Positions 1 through 9,128 of a DNA stretch of 48,360 nucleotides are shown here, one piece after another. Location of the stretch: assembly GCA_031548505.1 (NCBI GenBank), contig JAVBQZ010000133.1, forward strand, positions 1 through 48,360, read 5' to 3'. The translations under genes were made by a program, and so were the position numbers. This DNA comes from Bdellovibrionota bacterium (lineage in GTDB: Bacteria > Bdellovibrionota_C > UBA2361 > SZUA-149 > JAITKM01). Numbering within the stretch: position 1 is the first letter of the stretch; every line of letters starts with the position of its first letter. The notes beneath the pieces were generated by a model. The model worked only from the letters and a program-made list of their open reading frames with translations, searched no databases and had not been told where the DNA came from.

Positions 1-336
1 GTCTACATTTTTTTTTACAAAAAGACTGTTTACGGCTTTTTGAAAATTTGGAACATTTTGGATCTCATCCAAACAAATATAATTTTTTTGGTCTGGGATT
101 AGGCGATCATTTATATATTTATGAAGAGCTTTGTGATCCAGCAGTGCCTCATTATCACTTTCTTCTAAATTTATATTAATGATTTGATTACTTGATACGC
201 CATTTTTTAGAAGATGATTTTGAAAGATTTCAAATAAAGTGGACTTTCCACATCTGCGTATTCCTGTGACAATTTTTATAAGTTGTGTATTTTTAAAGCC
301 TATTAACTTTTCTAAATATGCCTCTCTTTCTATCAT
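1..336 (-). CDS. AAA+ ATPase, N-terminal part (gene runs off the window start)
   Basis: Absent from the ORF track because it is truncated. My minus-strand translation from the ATG at 334-336 reads MIEREAYLEKLIGFKNTQLIKIVTGIRRCGKSTLFEIF...ICLDEIQNVPNF. It has a Walker A (GIRRCGKST) and a Walker B-like motif (ICLDEIQ), as in DUF4143/COG1373-type ATPases. Confidence 0.6.
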   Translation of the reverse strand, partial: MIEREAYLEKLIGFKNTQLIKIVTGIRRCGKSTLFEIFQNHLLKNGVSSNQIININLEESDNEALLDHKALHKYINDRLIPDQKNYICLDEIQNVPNFQKAVNSLFVKKNVD

Positions 337-718
337 AAATCCTCATTTTATTATGTTTAGCATAAAACAAATTATCTTTATAAGTTTTTAAAGTATATTT
401 TAAAGATATGTCAATATCAATGGTTTTTTAAAGTATATTTTTAAAAAATGATAATTAATGGAAATAGTTGAATTAATTAATGGCCTGAGCCTGTTTTTTA
501 CTAAATAATTGGCAAAAATTAGCAAAAAAATATTCTTAATTCTGGTGTATGGCTCTCTTTATAATCCTTTCGTAACAATTATAATATGAAGTGAATTTAG
601 AAATTTTTCGGGAATGACTATTAAGCAAAAAAATACCACATATTTGCTTGCATTTCCTTATAAAATGTATTATTTTATACTTTAACATGGTATAACATAT
701 ATTTAAATAGGTATTAAT

Positions 719-1033
719 ATGAGAAAATCAATTAAGATATTATCGCCAGTTTCATCGTCCTTGCGAAAACTCGGTAAAGACATGCTTGATGCGCGTCGTC
801 GTCGCAGAATAACACGGGCTTTATTAGCAGAGCGTGCCGGAATAAACGTTTTAACGCTGGCTAAGATAGAAAAAGGCGATGCAGGAGTATCTATTGGTGG
901 ATATGCATCAGTATTGTTTTCCCTTGGGATGGTGGACCGATTACGTGACATCGCGGATGCAAGCCATGACTTAACTGGACAAATGCTGGCAGAAGAACAG
1001 TTGCCAAAACGTGTACGTATCAGCAAAAAATAG
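719..1033 (+). CDS. hipB: XRE-family HTH antitoxin (HipB-like)
   Basis: 104 aa. HTH segment RALLAERAGINVLTLAKIEKG. Ends 12 nt upstream of the hipA-like gene. Confidence 0.75.
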   Translation: MRKSIKILSPVSSSLRKLGKDMLDARRRRRITRALLAERAGINVLTLAKIEKGDAGVSIGGYASVLFSLGMVDRLRDIADASHDLTGQMLAEEQLPKRVRISKK

Positions 1034-1045
1034 AAGGACAACAAA

Positions 1046-2245
1046 ATGGATAATACAAGAGAAGTTTTAGTTTCGATTATGCTCGCCGACAATACGGTGC
1101 CGGTCGGGAGACTATGGTGCTATAATCGCAAAGGTCGTACAAGCACAGCTTTTGAATACGACAAAGAATGGTTGAAGAATCCTAAACGTTTCGCTCTGGA
1201 ACCAGCCTTACACTTAACAGAAGGGTCGCATTATACCGACAAATCCTTGTTTGGCGCAGTTGGAGATTCAGCTCCGGATCGTTGGGGGCGCATTTTAATG
1301 CGCCGCGCAAACGAGACTGGACATACTTTGACGGAGATGGATTATTTGCTTGGAGTTAATGATGAAACGAGACAAGGTGCGTTACGTTTTTCGGAAAAAT
1401 CGGATGGGCCATATTTGGCTGTATCTAAAAATATATCTATTCCTCCGTTAATTAGGTTGCCCGAATTACTTTCGGCTACGGAGAATTTCATAGATGATTC
1501 GGAAAGTGTAGAAGAATTAAAATTGTTGCTTGCTCCAGGATCTTCACTGGGCGGAGCGCGGCCTAAAGCATCTATTGTAGATAAAGCTGGACATCTTGCA
1601 ATTGCTAAATTTCCACGGAAAGATGATGATACTGATGTTGTGCGCTGGGAGGCTGTGGCATTAACATTAGCCAAAAAAGCAGGGCTGAATGTTCCGGATT
1701 GGCATTTGGAAAATATACTTGGGAAATATGTTATAGTTATCAAGCGATTTGATCGCGATAAAAACAGCCGCATTCCTTTTTTATCAGCAATGAGCATGCT
1801 TGGGGCTGCCGATAATGATGGATTGGTTCATAGTTATGAAGACATAGCAGATGTTATTATTCAGCATGGAGCACGGCCGGAAAAAGACTTAGAAGAATTA
1901 TGGCGACGCATGGTTTTTGGAATTATGATTTCGAATAAGGATGACCATTTGAGAAACCATGGTTTTTTATATTTCGGAGCCGGGTGGATATTATCTCCAG
2001 TCTATGATATAAACCCTAATATTGAAAAGGCCGTTTTTTCAACATCTGTTAATGGCAACGGTGCTTTAAACACCGTAGGACTTGCATTAGATTCAGCTTC
2101 ATATTTTAGGCTATCGATTGAACGAGCTAAAGGAATTGTAGAAGAAATAAGAAATGTCGTTGCTGGTTGGGACAAGATTGCCAAACATATTGGTATATCC
2201 AGAAGCGGTATAGAAAAAATGACCTCTGCCTTTCGGACAGATTAA
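1046..2245 (+). CDS. hipA: HipA-family serine/threonine kinase toxin
   Basis: 399 aa. Carries the HipA hallmark motifs SLGGARPK (nucleotide-binding loop) and NKDDHLRNHGF (catalytic loop). Lies immediately downstream of the HTH partner. Confidence 0.85.
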   Translation: MDNTREVLVSIMLADNTVPVGRLWCYNRKGRTSTAFEYDKEWLKNPKRFALEPALHLTEGSHYTDKSLFGAVGDSAPDRWGRILMRRANETGHTLTEMDYLLGVNDETRQGALRFSEKSDGPYLAVSKNISIPPLIRLPELLSATENFIDDSESVEELKLLLAPGSSLGGARPKASIVDKAGHLAIAKFPRKDDDTDVVRWEAVALTLAKKAGLNVPDWHLENILGKYVIVIKRFDRDKNSRIPFLSAMSMLGAADNDGLVHSYEDIADVIIQHGARPEKDLEELWRRMVFGIMISNKDDHLRNHGFLYFGAGWILSPVYDINPNIEKAVFSTSVNGNGALNTVGLALDSASYFRLSIERAKGIVEEIRNVVAGWDKIAKHIGISRSGIEKMTSAFRTD

Positions 2246-2487
2246 AATGAAACCTGACTGGGGTGTAGCCCTATTTTTAACCTCTGGTTGCTTTACTTTA
2301 TTTTGGTGTGGTTTTTTTACTAACTAATTAGTGAAAAAAAATATTAAATTCACTTAAGTCAACGTTAAAGATATTAATTAAGAAAGCTATAGTAGGAAAA
2401 GGAGATGTATTGTTACAATGTGTATAACTGGAAACTTTGATAGTGAGTCAAGTTTTTAAAAGGAAATAGTTAAGAAGTAAAACGATA

Positions 2488-2521
2488 CGGTTGAATGTCT
2501 AATTTAATAAACATTCAACCG
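2488..2521 (-). terminator. Hairpin downstream of the HAD gene (11-bp perfect stem, 12-nt loop)
   Basis: cggttgaatgt (2488-2498) pairs with acattcaaccg (2511-2521). On the minus strand the stem is followed by a moderately T-rich tail. It sits 38 nt after the stop of 2559..3317. Confidence 0.4.
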
Positions 2522-2558
2522 CGTAAAAAATCTATCCGGTGTAATTCGTAAATACACA

Positions 2559-3317
2559 TTATTCGTTGTTCAACAAGTTGAGAATCCAAGTTTCGGTATC
2601 AATGTGGTTTTTCACGAATTTTGTTAAAATACCGGCTTTCAATACCGCATAGTCATTCCCGGTCGGTTCCACAGCATCTCCGATGTAGATGATTTCATTT
2701 TTTCGGAGATCCCAAATGTCCAAAACACGACGAATGCCGAACGCTTTGTCCAGATTCTTTCTGGTAATGTCAATCGAAGTTGACCCAGCTGATCGTATTT
2801 CATGATTTGGTAACTTGGGTTCCAAGTACTCCACCATCTTTTGCCGCAATTCTCCACTCGGGTCGAATTTTGCGCGCATTTCTTTCAGTTCTTCCGTTGT
2901 ATCTTGTCCGCAACCGGAGAACGTGACTTGCGATCTACGATCATCGATTTGTCGGACAAAATTTTCCGATTGTGGAATTTTGAAGTTTTCGATGCACTCC
3001 TTGAGTACAGCAATAATGTGCTTTCTTTCTTCATCAGAAAGATAGTGTTCTTCAAGAATTGCCCACGTATTTCGGAAGGCGTAGATTACCGAACCGGTGG
3101 TGGGAAGGAGCAGCAAGTTTGCTGAAAGTTTAGAGGTTAAGTTAGGGAGATACCCCAGAAACTTTTCCTGAAACTGTTCGTAGCTGGCGCCGGAGATTAT
3201 TGCAATGCGGAATTTCCCCAGGAGTCTAACGAACAACTCAGCCATCACATCACTTGGGCGATCCTTCGCCGGTGCCAATGTACCGTCCATGTCGAATGCA
3301 ATTGCTTTTATTTGCAT
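2559..3317 (-). CDS. HAD-superfamily hydrolase, subfamily IIB (phosphomannomutase/Cof-like)
   Basis: 252 aa. HAD motif I FDMDGTL, motif II ISGAS, and a distal GDAVEPTGNDY motif. Confidence 0.75.
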   Translation of the reverse strand: MQIKAIAFDMDGTLAPAKDRPSDVMAELFVRLLGKFRIAIISGASYEQFQEKFLGYLPNLTSKLSANLLLLPTTGSVIYAFRNTWAILEEHYLSDEERKHIIAVLKECIENFKIPQSENFVRQIDDRRSQVTFSGCGQDTTEELKEMRAKFDPSGELRQKMVEYLEPKLPNHEIRSAGSTSIDITRKNLDKAFGIRRVLDIWDLRKNEIIYIGDAVEPTGNDYAVLKAGILTKFVKNHIDTETWILNLLNNE

Positions 3318-3916
3318 GATTTTTCTCCCGGCATAAAAATGCCATTTGTAGCAGGAGAAGGATTACAAAAAGCCATAAGCTTTTTGTAAATAGCAAAGGT
3401 TGGCCGCCAGTAACTTACTGACTAAAAAACCAAATTCTTAACTATCCCTTCGCAGAGAAGGTAATTTTGATGTTGATATTTTATTGTAGGGAGATGATGG
3501 GGGGGGTAATGCAGAGTCCTATAGTTTTTAACCACATAACAAATAGTTAGGATAATCTCTACGAGGGGATAGTGATTCTACTTCTACCCTATGATTTGCA
3601 GAAAGGTACTGCTTTAGTTTCTACATTTAATGCCTTAAAAGACATAAAAAAACAATACTTGTGTGATTTTTATAATTGGAATTGCTGGGAGGTTCTTTTC
3701 ATAAAACTTTTTATAAAAAAACTAGAATTGAAGTTTCCTTACATTAATAATAAAAATTTTTATTATTAAAAAAATAAAATGCTTATTCTAAACTATAAAG
3801 AATCATTGAGGAGTTTTTAGTTTTAGTTTACAGGCCGAACCCCTTGTAGGGTTACCGTCCTAGGTGGTTTTCACGCTGTTTATCAGCTTTCAATTTCCAG
3901 CTAAGAAAGGAAAGAG

Positions 3917-4414
3917 ATGGAAAATTACGTGATTGTTACCGTAGATAGATCTGATCTTACGGTTAGCATTCAAAATGTATCACCGTGCGATCAACCTATC
4001 CTTCAAATGAAATTATCCAAAGCGGCGCAAGAATTTCTGAGAGATTCTAAGGCATACGCTACAGATTTTGTTATTTCATTTGAAAACTTTTTTAAAAAGA
4101 AATTCAAAAATTATTTGGAGAAAAGCCCATATTTTCGTGTGGGAGTAGAAAAAAGCTATCCGAACTCTGCAGTAATTTGTGGGGTTGCGAAAGACCTTTC
4201 AATTGATGAAATCAAAAATTTCATTGAAAACAATTTTGATCGGATTGAAGCTAACGCTTCTTTCCTTGGTTATGTTGAGAAGGTAGAAAAGCGGGTAGTT
4301 GCAAAGAAACGGAAGTTAAAGAAATGGCTTTATTTTTCGTTTCGTCGATTTTTGGATTGTTGTAATCAATTTAAAATTGCAACCATTGCAATTTTATTTG
4401 ATTATTTAAAATGA
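3917..4414 (+). CDS. Hypothetical protein
   Basis: 165-aa ORF preceded by aaaggaaagag (SD-like) and followed by a strong terminator. No family recognised. Confidence 0.5.
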   Translation: MENYVIVTVDRSDLTVSIQNVSPCDQPILQMKLSKAAQEFLRDSKAYATDFVISFENFFKKKFKNYLEKSPYFRVGVEKSYPNSAVICGVAKDLSIDEIKNFIENNFDRIEANASFLGYVEKVEKRVVAKKRKLKKWLYFSFRRFLDCCNQFKIATIAILFDYLK

Positions 4415-4436
4415 AAGGTGAGTTGGAATCGGAAAT

Positions 4437-4480
4437 GAGTGGTAAAAATAAATCTTTACCACTCTAGTCTTTTTTCTTTT
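4437..4480 (+). terminator. Rho-independent terminator
   Basis: 10-bp perfect stem: gagtggtaaa (4437-4446) pairs with tttaccactc (4455-4464), 8-nt loop. Followed by tagtcttttttctttt. Confidence 0.65.
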
Positions 4481-4661
4481 GATGTTTTTAATAAAGGTTT
4501 TTAAGGATAGTAACTCTACATTTAATATTTAATACTTCTAAAATTCTCTTGCGACATATTGCTTTTGAAAGCTTGCTTTTAAACTTAATCCATATGTGCC
4601 TACAGGCTATTACCTTTTTCGTTAATGTAAAAAATGATTTTTGCAGTAGTAGTATCGTTTT

Positions 4662-5135
4662 TTAAAGTGCAATTGCTTTTAATACCTTGTATGCGTTCTC
4701 TGGGTTGTCGATATCGGAGACTGCTTTCTCTATTGGGCATTTATCGTCATAGGTTTTGTTTGAAATGTAGTCTACTATCTCATTTGCTGAATATTTTACA
4801 TTATATTTTTCCAATATGGGAATTGCCTCTCTGGAAAGGACGCCTGTGTCTAGTTCGGTTGCGCCGCCGTAAATTAATATAAGCGAGGAAGCTTTACCTG
4901 TGAATCTATCAAACACGCGGGAATTTTTGAAATTACTGTGCTCAAGATGTTTGAAAAGAGGCTTTATGCCGTTATCATTATATGTTTTGATGGTGCCGTC
5001 ATTGTATGCGACAACTAATGTATGGTTCTTGAGCAATTCTCTCATTTCACTTACGGATGCCCTATCGTTTTTCGCATTACACCCGAAGAAGAGAGTCACA
5101 AAAAACAAACTAATTATCAAATTTCTTTTCCCCAT
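4662..5135 (-). CDS. Probable lipoprotein with DUF1893 (TM1506-like) domain
   Basis: 157 aa. N-terminal signal MGKRNLIISLFFVTLFFGC (lipobox-like FFGC). The body matches my memory of DUF1893: GIKPL...DRFTGKASSLILIYGG...CPIEKAV. Confidence 0.55.
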   Translation of the reverse strand: MGKRNLIISLFFVTLFFGCNAKNDRASVSEMRELLKNHTLVVAYNDGTIKTYNDNGIKPLFKHLEHSNFKNSRVFDRFTGKASSLILIYGGATELDTGVLSREAIPILEKYNVKYSANEIVDYISNKTYDDKCPIEKAVSDIDNPENAYKVLKAIAL

Positions 5136-5264
5136 ATACTTATTTTTAATATTCTTTGGTTATCAATTTGCTATAAATTAAATCGACTTTACAGACCTAA
5201 TTCATAAAATACTCTTTATAATTTTTTTTTAACTTTTTGTAATTCTGATTTCTTTGAAGAAGAA

Positions 5265-5318
5265 GTTTTGGCTCCCCGAGACGGACTTGAACCGCCGACC
5301 CAATGATTAACAGTCATT
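5265..5318. repeat. attL: 54-bp duplicate of the 3' part of tRNA-Asn
   Basis: gttttggctccccgagacggacttgaaccgccgacccaatgattaacagtcatt is identical to 43656-43709. It covers the anticodon stem-loop through the CCA end plus 4 nt. The 5' half of the tRNA is absent here. Confidence 0.9.
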
Positions 5319-5462
5319 AGGTCAGCTCTATAAGAATGCAACATAATCAATGTGTTACATATTTGATATTTCGCTAATACCACAGCGATTTTTTATGTCA
5401 ATATTTTATTTTCAATAAACCTTTTATTTTTTGAAAAAATAAGGTTTAGTGCCATTCCCCAC

Positions 5463-6470
5463 GTGGCTGATGTAATAGTAACGTCATTATCTCAGCAGTT
5501 GGGGGATTCAATGTCTAGCGATACAGCAGAAATCTTAGCCTACCTTAAGGCTAACCTACCTACCAAGTCACAAACAAATTTCATAGAATATGCATATAAA
5601 GTTCTTAAGGCCAAAGAAGGTAAAAAGAAATCAATTAAGATTGATTACAGAAATGTAAAAAGGTTTTTTCAAGACTTTTTCAAAGATGAAAATATTGAAA
5701 ATATAAAAAAGACAGATATTGAAAGATTGCACACAAAAATCAGCCTAGAAAACGGGGCAGTTCAAGCAAACCGAATTTATTCGCTAGTGCATTCTATTTT
5801 TGAATCTGCGGTTTGCGATGAGCTAATACAATTTAACCCGTGTAGAGGAATAAAGAAAAATGTTGAAACACCACGTGCGCAATATTTGGACAGCAAGAAT
5901 CTAGCACGTTTTTTCATTGCGACTAGTTTATTGCCAACGTACTGGAAAAATTATTTTTTTCTGCTGATTTATACTGGCGCACGTGGTGGCAATGTAAGAG
6001 CAATGAAATGGGAATGCATCGATTTTGCAAGTAATATTTGGACTATTCCGGCAAACGAGGCAAAAGGTGGAAAGAAAATTGAAGTAATGTTGACAAAAGA
6101 AACTTTGATTTGTCTGCAAGAAATGCAGGACATTAATAAAGGTTCGGAATTTGTTTTCCCGGCTAAATCTAAGTCAGGGCATATGCAAGAGCCAAAGAAA
6201 ATATGGGCAAAAATAAAAGATGATGCCGGATTGCAAACGTATTGTATGCACGACTTGCGAGCGACTCTCGCCACTTGGCAAGATGAGCTAGGGAGTGATA
6301 TAAGCGTGATTAGTAAGACTTTAGGACACGCGGATGCTAAGACTACTAAGCGATATATTAGGAATAAAAATAAAAAAGAGCTGTCGGCGGTGCTGGAGTC
6401 AGTCGGAAAGGTGAGAGAGCATTTTTCAAAATTTGCTTTGGATAATTCGGATTGGGTGAGAGGTGATTGA
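5463..6470 (+). CDS. int: Tyrosine recombinase / phage integrase
   Basis: 335 aa from a GTG start; an alternative ATG at 5511 gives MSSDTAE. Has an N-terminal SAM-like region. The catalytic region shows TGARGGNVRAMKW, HDLRATLATW and LGHADAKTTKRYI (R...HxxR...Y). Confidence 0.9.
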   Translation: MADVIVTSLSQQLGDSMSSDTAEILAYLKANLPTKSQTNFIEYAYKVLKAKEGKKKSIKIDYRNVKRFFQDFFKDENIENIKKTDIERLHTKISLENGAVQANRIYSLVHSIFESAVCDELIQFNPCRGIKKNVETPRAQYLDSKNLARFFIATSLLPTYWKNYFFLLIYTGARGGNVRAMKWECIDFASNIWTIPANEAKGGKKIEVMLTKETLICLQEMQDINKGSEFVFPAKSKSGHMQEPKKIWAKIKDDAGLQTYCMHDLRATLATWQDELGSDISVISKTLGHADAKTTKRYIRNKNKKELSAVLESVGKVREHFSKFALDNSDWVRGD

Positions 6471-6557
6471 CTTCTTTAACGAATTATGCAATTTTAAAGC
6501 ACAATTTCTACTACTGTAGATAGCCCGAAAGGGTACCTAACTTTAGGTTAGGATGAA

Positions 6558-6588
6558 TAGCCGGATTTAGTTCCGGCTATTTTTTTTT
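6558..6588 (+). terminator. Rho-independent terminator downstream of int
   Basis: tagccgga (6558-6565) pairs with tccggcta (6572-6579), 6-nt loop, followed by T9 (6580-6588). Confidence 0.7.
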
Positions 6589-6731
6589 CTTAGTTCCGCG
6601 ATAAAGTTTCTTACTTTTTCTATTTCGTCCTTACGCAAATAGAAAAATACAGCTTTACCTCGTTGTCCAGCAGGGAGTTTTTTTCTTCCTGAGCCTTCTC
6701 TAGAACCGCCCCAGTTTTCAGTCTTTTTCAT
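6567..6731 (-). CDS. Small basic protein, 54 aa (possible DNA-binding protein or recombination directionality factor)
   Basis: Below the ORF-track size cutoff. My translation: MKKTENWGGSREGSGRKKLPAGQRGKAVFFYLRKDEIEKVRNFIAELRKKNSRN. Its ATG overlaps the stop of the upstream gene by 14 nt. GGSREGSGRKK is an AT-hook-like motif common in small phage DNA-binding proteins. Confidence 0.35.
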   Translation of the reverse strand: MKKTENWGGSREGSGRKKLPAGQRGKAVFFYLRKDEIEKVRNFIAELRKKNSRN

Positions 6732-7674
6732 TTTTCCCTCCAGCAATTAGTGGTGGTATCCAATTATATTTTAATCTGCGTTCTGCATCTCGCTTACCAG
6801 TCCAAAAGCCATGCCAGTGACCACGCCTTAGATGCGTTCGCTTAGCCGAACCGAGCCTTGCATCTTCTTGTTCTGCAAGATAAAGTTTCTTGCCGATACC
6901 TTTCCCAACGTCCCAAAATATAGGCTTAGATTGCGGGAATATTTTCCAGCCGAATTTTGTTTTTTTCGGCCGCAATCGTTTTGGAAATTCGTTCGGTCGC
7001 TCTAAGTCTTCTATTTCGGGGGCATCGGAGCAGATATAAAGTAGAATAGAAATAATTGCTGAAACAAAAGTAACTGTGCGGTCAAATTCTTTTTTATCTA
7101 CTTCAAAATTTTCTTCAATAGTGCTTTCTATCGCTTCTGAAATTGTAATTTCCTTAAGCGGCAATCGAATTATAAACGGATCTTCTCGGTCGATATACAG
7201 TACTATTCTTTCATCCTGAGAAAGGATGTTGAATTCTAGCGTTACAAAGAAACCATCAATTTTTAAATCTGCAATCGTGCAGTTAGGCGTGCTGATGTAT
7301 AAGGCATATTCCGGCAACCTGTGAAGTACATCAATCGGAAAGTCGCCTTTAATTTCCGTGTCGATTAAGGCGGGAAGTAAGCTATTATCTATAGAATAGA
7401 TGCCTTGGCTATATTGCCAGGTGCCAGCAATCTGAAGATTGATAATTTCTTTGATAATATCATCGGGCGGAATATCTTCAGTGAATCCGTGTTTAGTCCG
7501 CGCCATACTTGTCCAGGCGTCAATTGGCAGAAAGCACCAGCTTGGACAGCGTGGCAAATCTTTACCCTTGCGCAATCTAAGGTCGTTAATCCATTGGTCA
7601 AGATGCGGATATTTGTTTTCAATCGAATTTACAAAACCTCGCAGTCGGTTTTTGATTTGGTTTTTGGTTTTCAT
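6718..7674 (-). CDS. Hypothetical protein, 318 aa, basic C-terminal HLRRGHWHGFWTGKR motif
   Basis: The long ORF is trimmed to ATG 7674 (MKTKNQ), 14 nt downstream of the stop of the preceding gene. No family recognised. Confidence 0.6.
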   Translation of the reverse strand: MKTKNQIKNRLRGFVNSIENKYPHLDQWINDLRLRKGKDLPRCPSWCFLPIDAWTSMARTKHGFTEDIPPDDIIKEIINLQIAGTWQYSQGIYSIDNSLLPALIDTEIKGDFPIDVLHRLPEYALYISTPNCTIADLKIDGFFVTLEFNILSQDERIVLYIDREDPFIIRLPLKEITISEAIESTIEENFEVDKKEFDRTVTFVSAIISILLYICSDAPEIEDLERPNEFPKRLRPKKTKFGWKIFPQSKPIFWDVGKGIGKKLYLAEQEDARLGSAKRTHLRRGHWHGFWTGKRDAERRLKYNWIPPLIAGGKNEKD

Positions 7675-7688
7675 TTTAATTATAAAAA

Positions 7689-8375
7689 TTAAAATTCTCC
7701 ACAAGATGCAAAGTCGTTATACTCTGCTCTGTAGTATGCACGGCATCTTATCGCGTCGTTATAGTCAAGAGCTCTTGTGCAAGCTACTTCTATGTCGCAG
7801 AATTCCTCTTCGATTGTCGTCGGGTGAACATCATAACAATATTGTCTGTATTTTTTCGACTCTATATACTCGTAAGCTTCGCTCTCATTATTGAAGCCGC
7901 CTTGAATTAATTCATCTGTGCTATCGTCAACCAAGCTCCAACTTCCGTCACATTCGCAAGGTGTTGGTCCAACATATTCTAGCGCCATCCTTTCATATTC
8001 TTCCTCGTCGTCAATTGAAGGCGTCCACTTCACGCACCTTGCAAGAATTTTTTCGCAGTCGTAGTCAACGACTGTTTCAACTTCTTTATTTGCCATTAGT
8101 TCGCGAATTATTCGCAAAGCTTCTTTTTCTGATTGTTCAATACGCGCGGAATGATACTCTTCACTATCTGCAGTGTAGTTATCCGGCAGATATTCGTTAA
8201 GTCTTGGATAATCGTAGACTTCGTTGCAGCTGTGCCTAATCCAGTTCGCAAGTTTTCTAACTGCGAATTCTTTCGCGTTTTGTTTTTTGAACTCGCCATC
8301 TTTTTTATTTTGCGGATTTTCAAAAACGATTGAATATAGTTGTTTTCTTGAGATTTTGCTTTCTTTTGTATCCAT
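7689..8375 (-). CDS. Hypothetical acidic, Cys-rich protein, 228 aa
   Basis: ATG 8375 is preceded by aggagag at a 7-nt spacing. The track start at 8393 is a TTG. Rich in D/E, with several Cys pairs (CECDGSW, CDIEVAC). Confidence 0.6.
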   Translation of the reverse strand: MDTKESKISRKQLYSIVFENPQNKKDGEFKKQNAKEFAVRKLANWIRHSCNEVYDYPRLNEYLPDNYTADSEEYHSARIEQSEKEALRIIRELMANKEVETVVDYDCEKILARCVKWTPSIDDEEEYERMALEYVGPTPCECDGSWSLVDDSTDELIQGGFNNESEAYEYIESKKYRQYCYDVHPTTIEEEFCDIEVACTRALDYNDAIRCRAYYRAEYNDFASCGEF

Positions 8376-8454
8376 GATTTTCTCTCCTATCAATTTCGAG
8401 AATTAATAAATTGTAGTGAACAACCTCAGTTATTCGCTACATCTATATTATGCA

Positions 8455-8493
8455 CTATTTCTTGATTTGTGTCAACTAAAAATCAAGAAATAG
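8455..8493. promoter_or_regulatory. Perfect 14-bp inverted repeat (possible operator or terminator)
   Basis: ctatttcttgattt (8455-8468) pairs with aaatcaagaaatag (8480-8493), 11-nt spacer. It lies about 60 nt upstream of the start of the 7689..8375 gene. No T-run on either side. Confidence 0.3.
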
Positions 8494-8615
8494 CAAAAAT
8501 AATTTTCTAATGATTTTAAATAGTTATAAAAAAAGTGTGAAATATTTTTTATTTTAGGGCGGAAAAAGTGGGGAAAATTGAGGGAGTGCCGGAGTTAGGG
8601 CTATATATATATACG

Positions 8616-8831
8616 TTATTCGCTCGAATTAATTTTCAAGATTTGGCGCTCTTCGACTTCTTCACATTCCGTAATACTATGCCTTAAATATTCACCTACA
8701 TTCCTCCAATATTCAGAAATTCCGTCCTCTTTATTTTTAGCATTATTATGCAGACGTGGATTGATAAGAAATGTAAAAGACGTTGCCCCTAGTGCCATCC
8801 CATACAGAAAGTTTTTAACTTTTTCGTTCAT
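8616..8831 (-). CDS. Hypothetical small protein, 71 aa, one hydrophobic segment
   Basis: Isolated ORF in an otherwise non-coding 0.7-kb stretch. Hydrophobic segment FLYGMALGATSFTFLI. Confidence 0.4.
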   Translation of the reverse strand: MNEKVKNFLYGMALGATSFTFLINPRLHNNAKNKEDGISEYWRNVGEYLRHSITECEEVEERQILKINSSE

Positions 8832-9128
8832 GGTTTACCTTTAGATTTTTTTTGCGATTACAACAAATAGTTACTTTAATCGCCTATTTATACATTATCA
8901 ATACTTTTTATACTTTTGTTGCATTTAATACAGATTTTGTTTCATATTTTTGTGTTTTTATGTAGGGTTTGTTGCAAAATAAAGCCTTTTTGAGGCAAAA
9001 AATCCACCCGATATAAAATTTTATGCCGATAACGGATATTATTATATTTCTAGAAGTAAAGAGGATATGGAAAGAGAGATTAGAAGATTTTAGGAGGCAG
9101 ATATCGTCTCAATAATTAAGAATGAGTT

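Noticed and set aside
703-1092. 129-aa minus-strand ORF overlapping hipB
   Set aside because: It is antisense to a well-supported HTH gene, with no motif or RBS. It is a shadow ORF. The same applies to 1342..1797 and 2002..2184, which are antisense to hipA.
3497-3504. G8 homopolymer in the 3318-3916 intergenic region as a phase-variation switch
   Set aside because: It is about 180 nt from the HAD start and about 410 nt from the next plus-strand gene. There is no promoter-spacer or coding context, so there is nothing to support a regulatory role.
3572-3769. 65-aa plus-strand ORF
   Set aside because: It lies in very AT-rich non-coding-looking sequence with no RBS, and its composition (Lys/Phe/Leu/Asn) is what random AT-rich DNA would give.
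5265-5318. Possible second tRNA gene at the left prophage end
   Set aside because: Only the 3' 50 nt of tRNA-Asn plus 4 nt of trailer are present. The 5' acceptor and D arm are missing and the adjacent sequence cannot pair. It is the attL duplicate, not a gene.
7405-7894. Plus-strand ORFs 7405..7692 and 7439..7894
   Set aside because: They are antisense to the two integrase-proximal minus-strand genes, which have proper starts or RBS and tight spacing.
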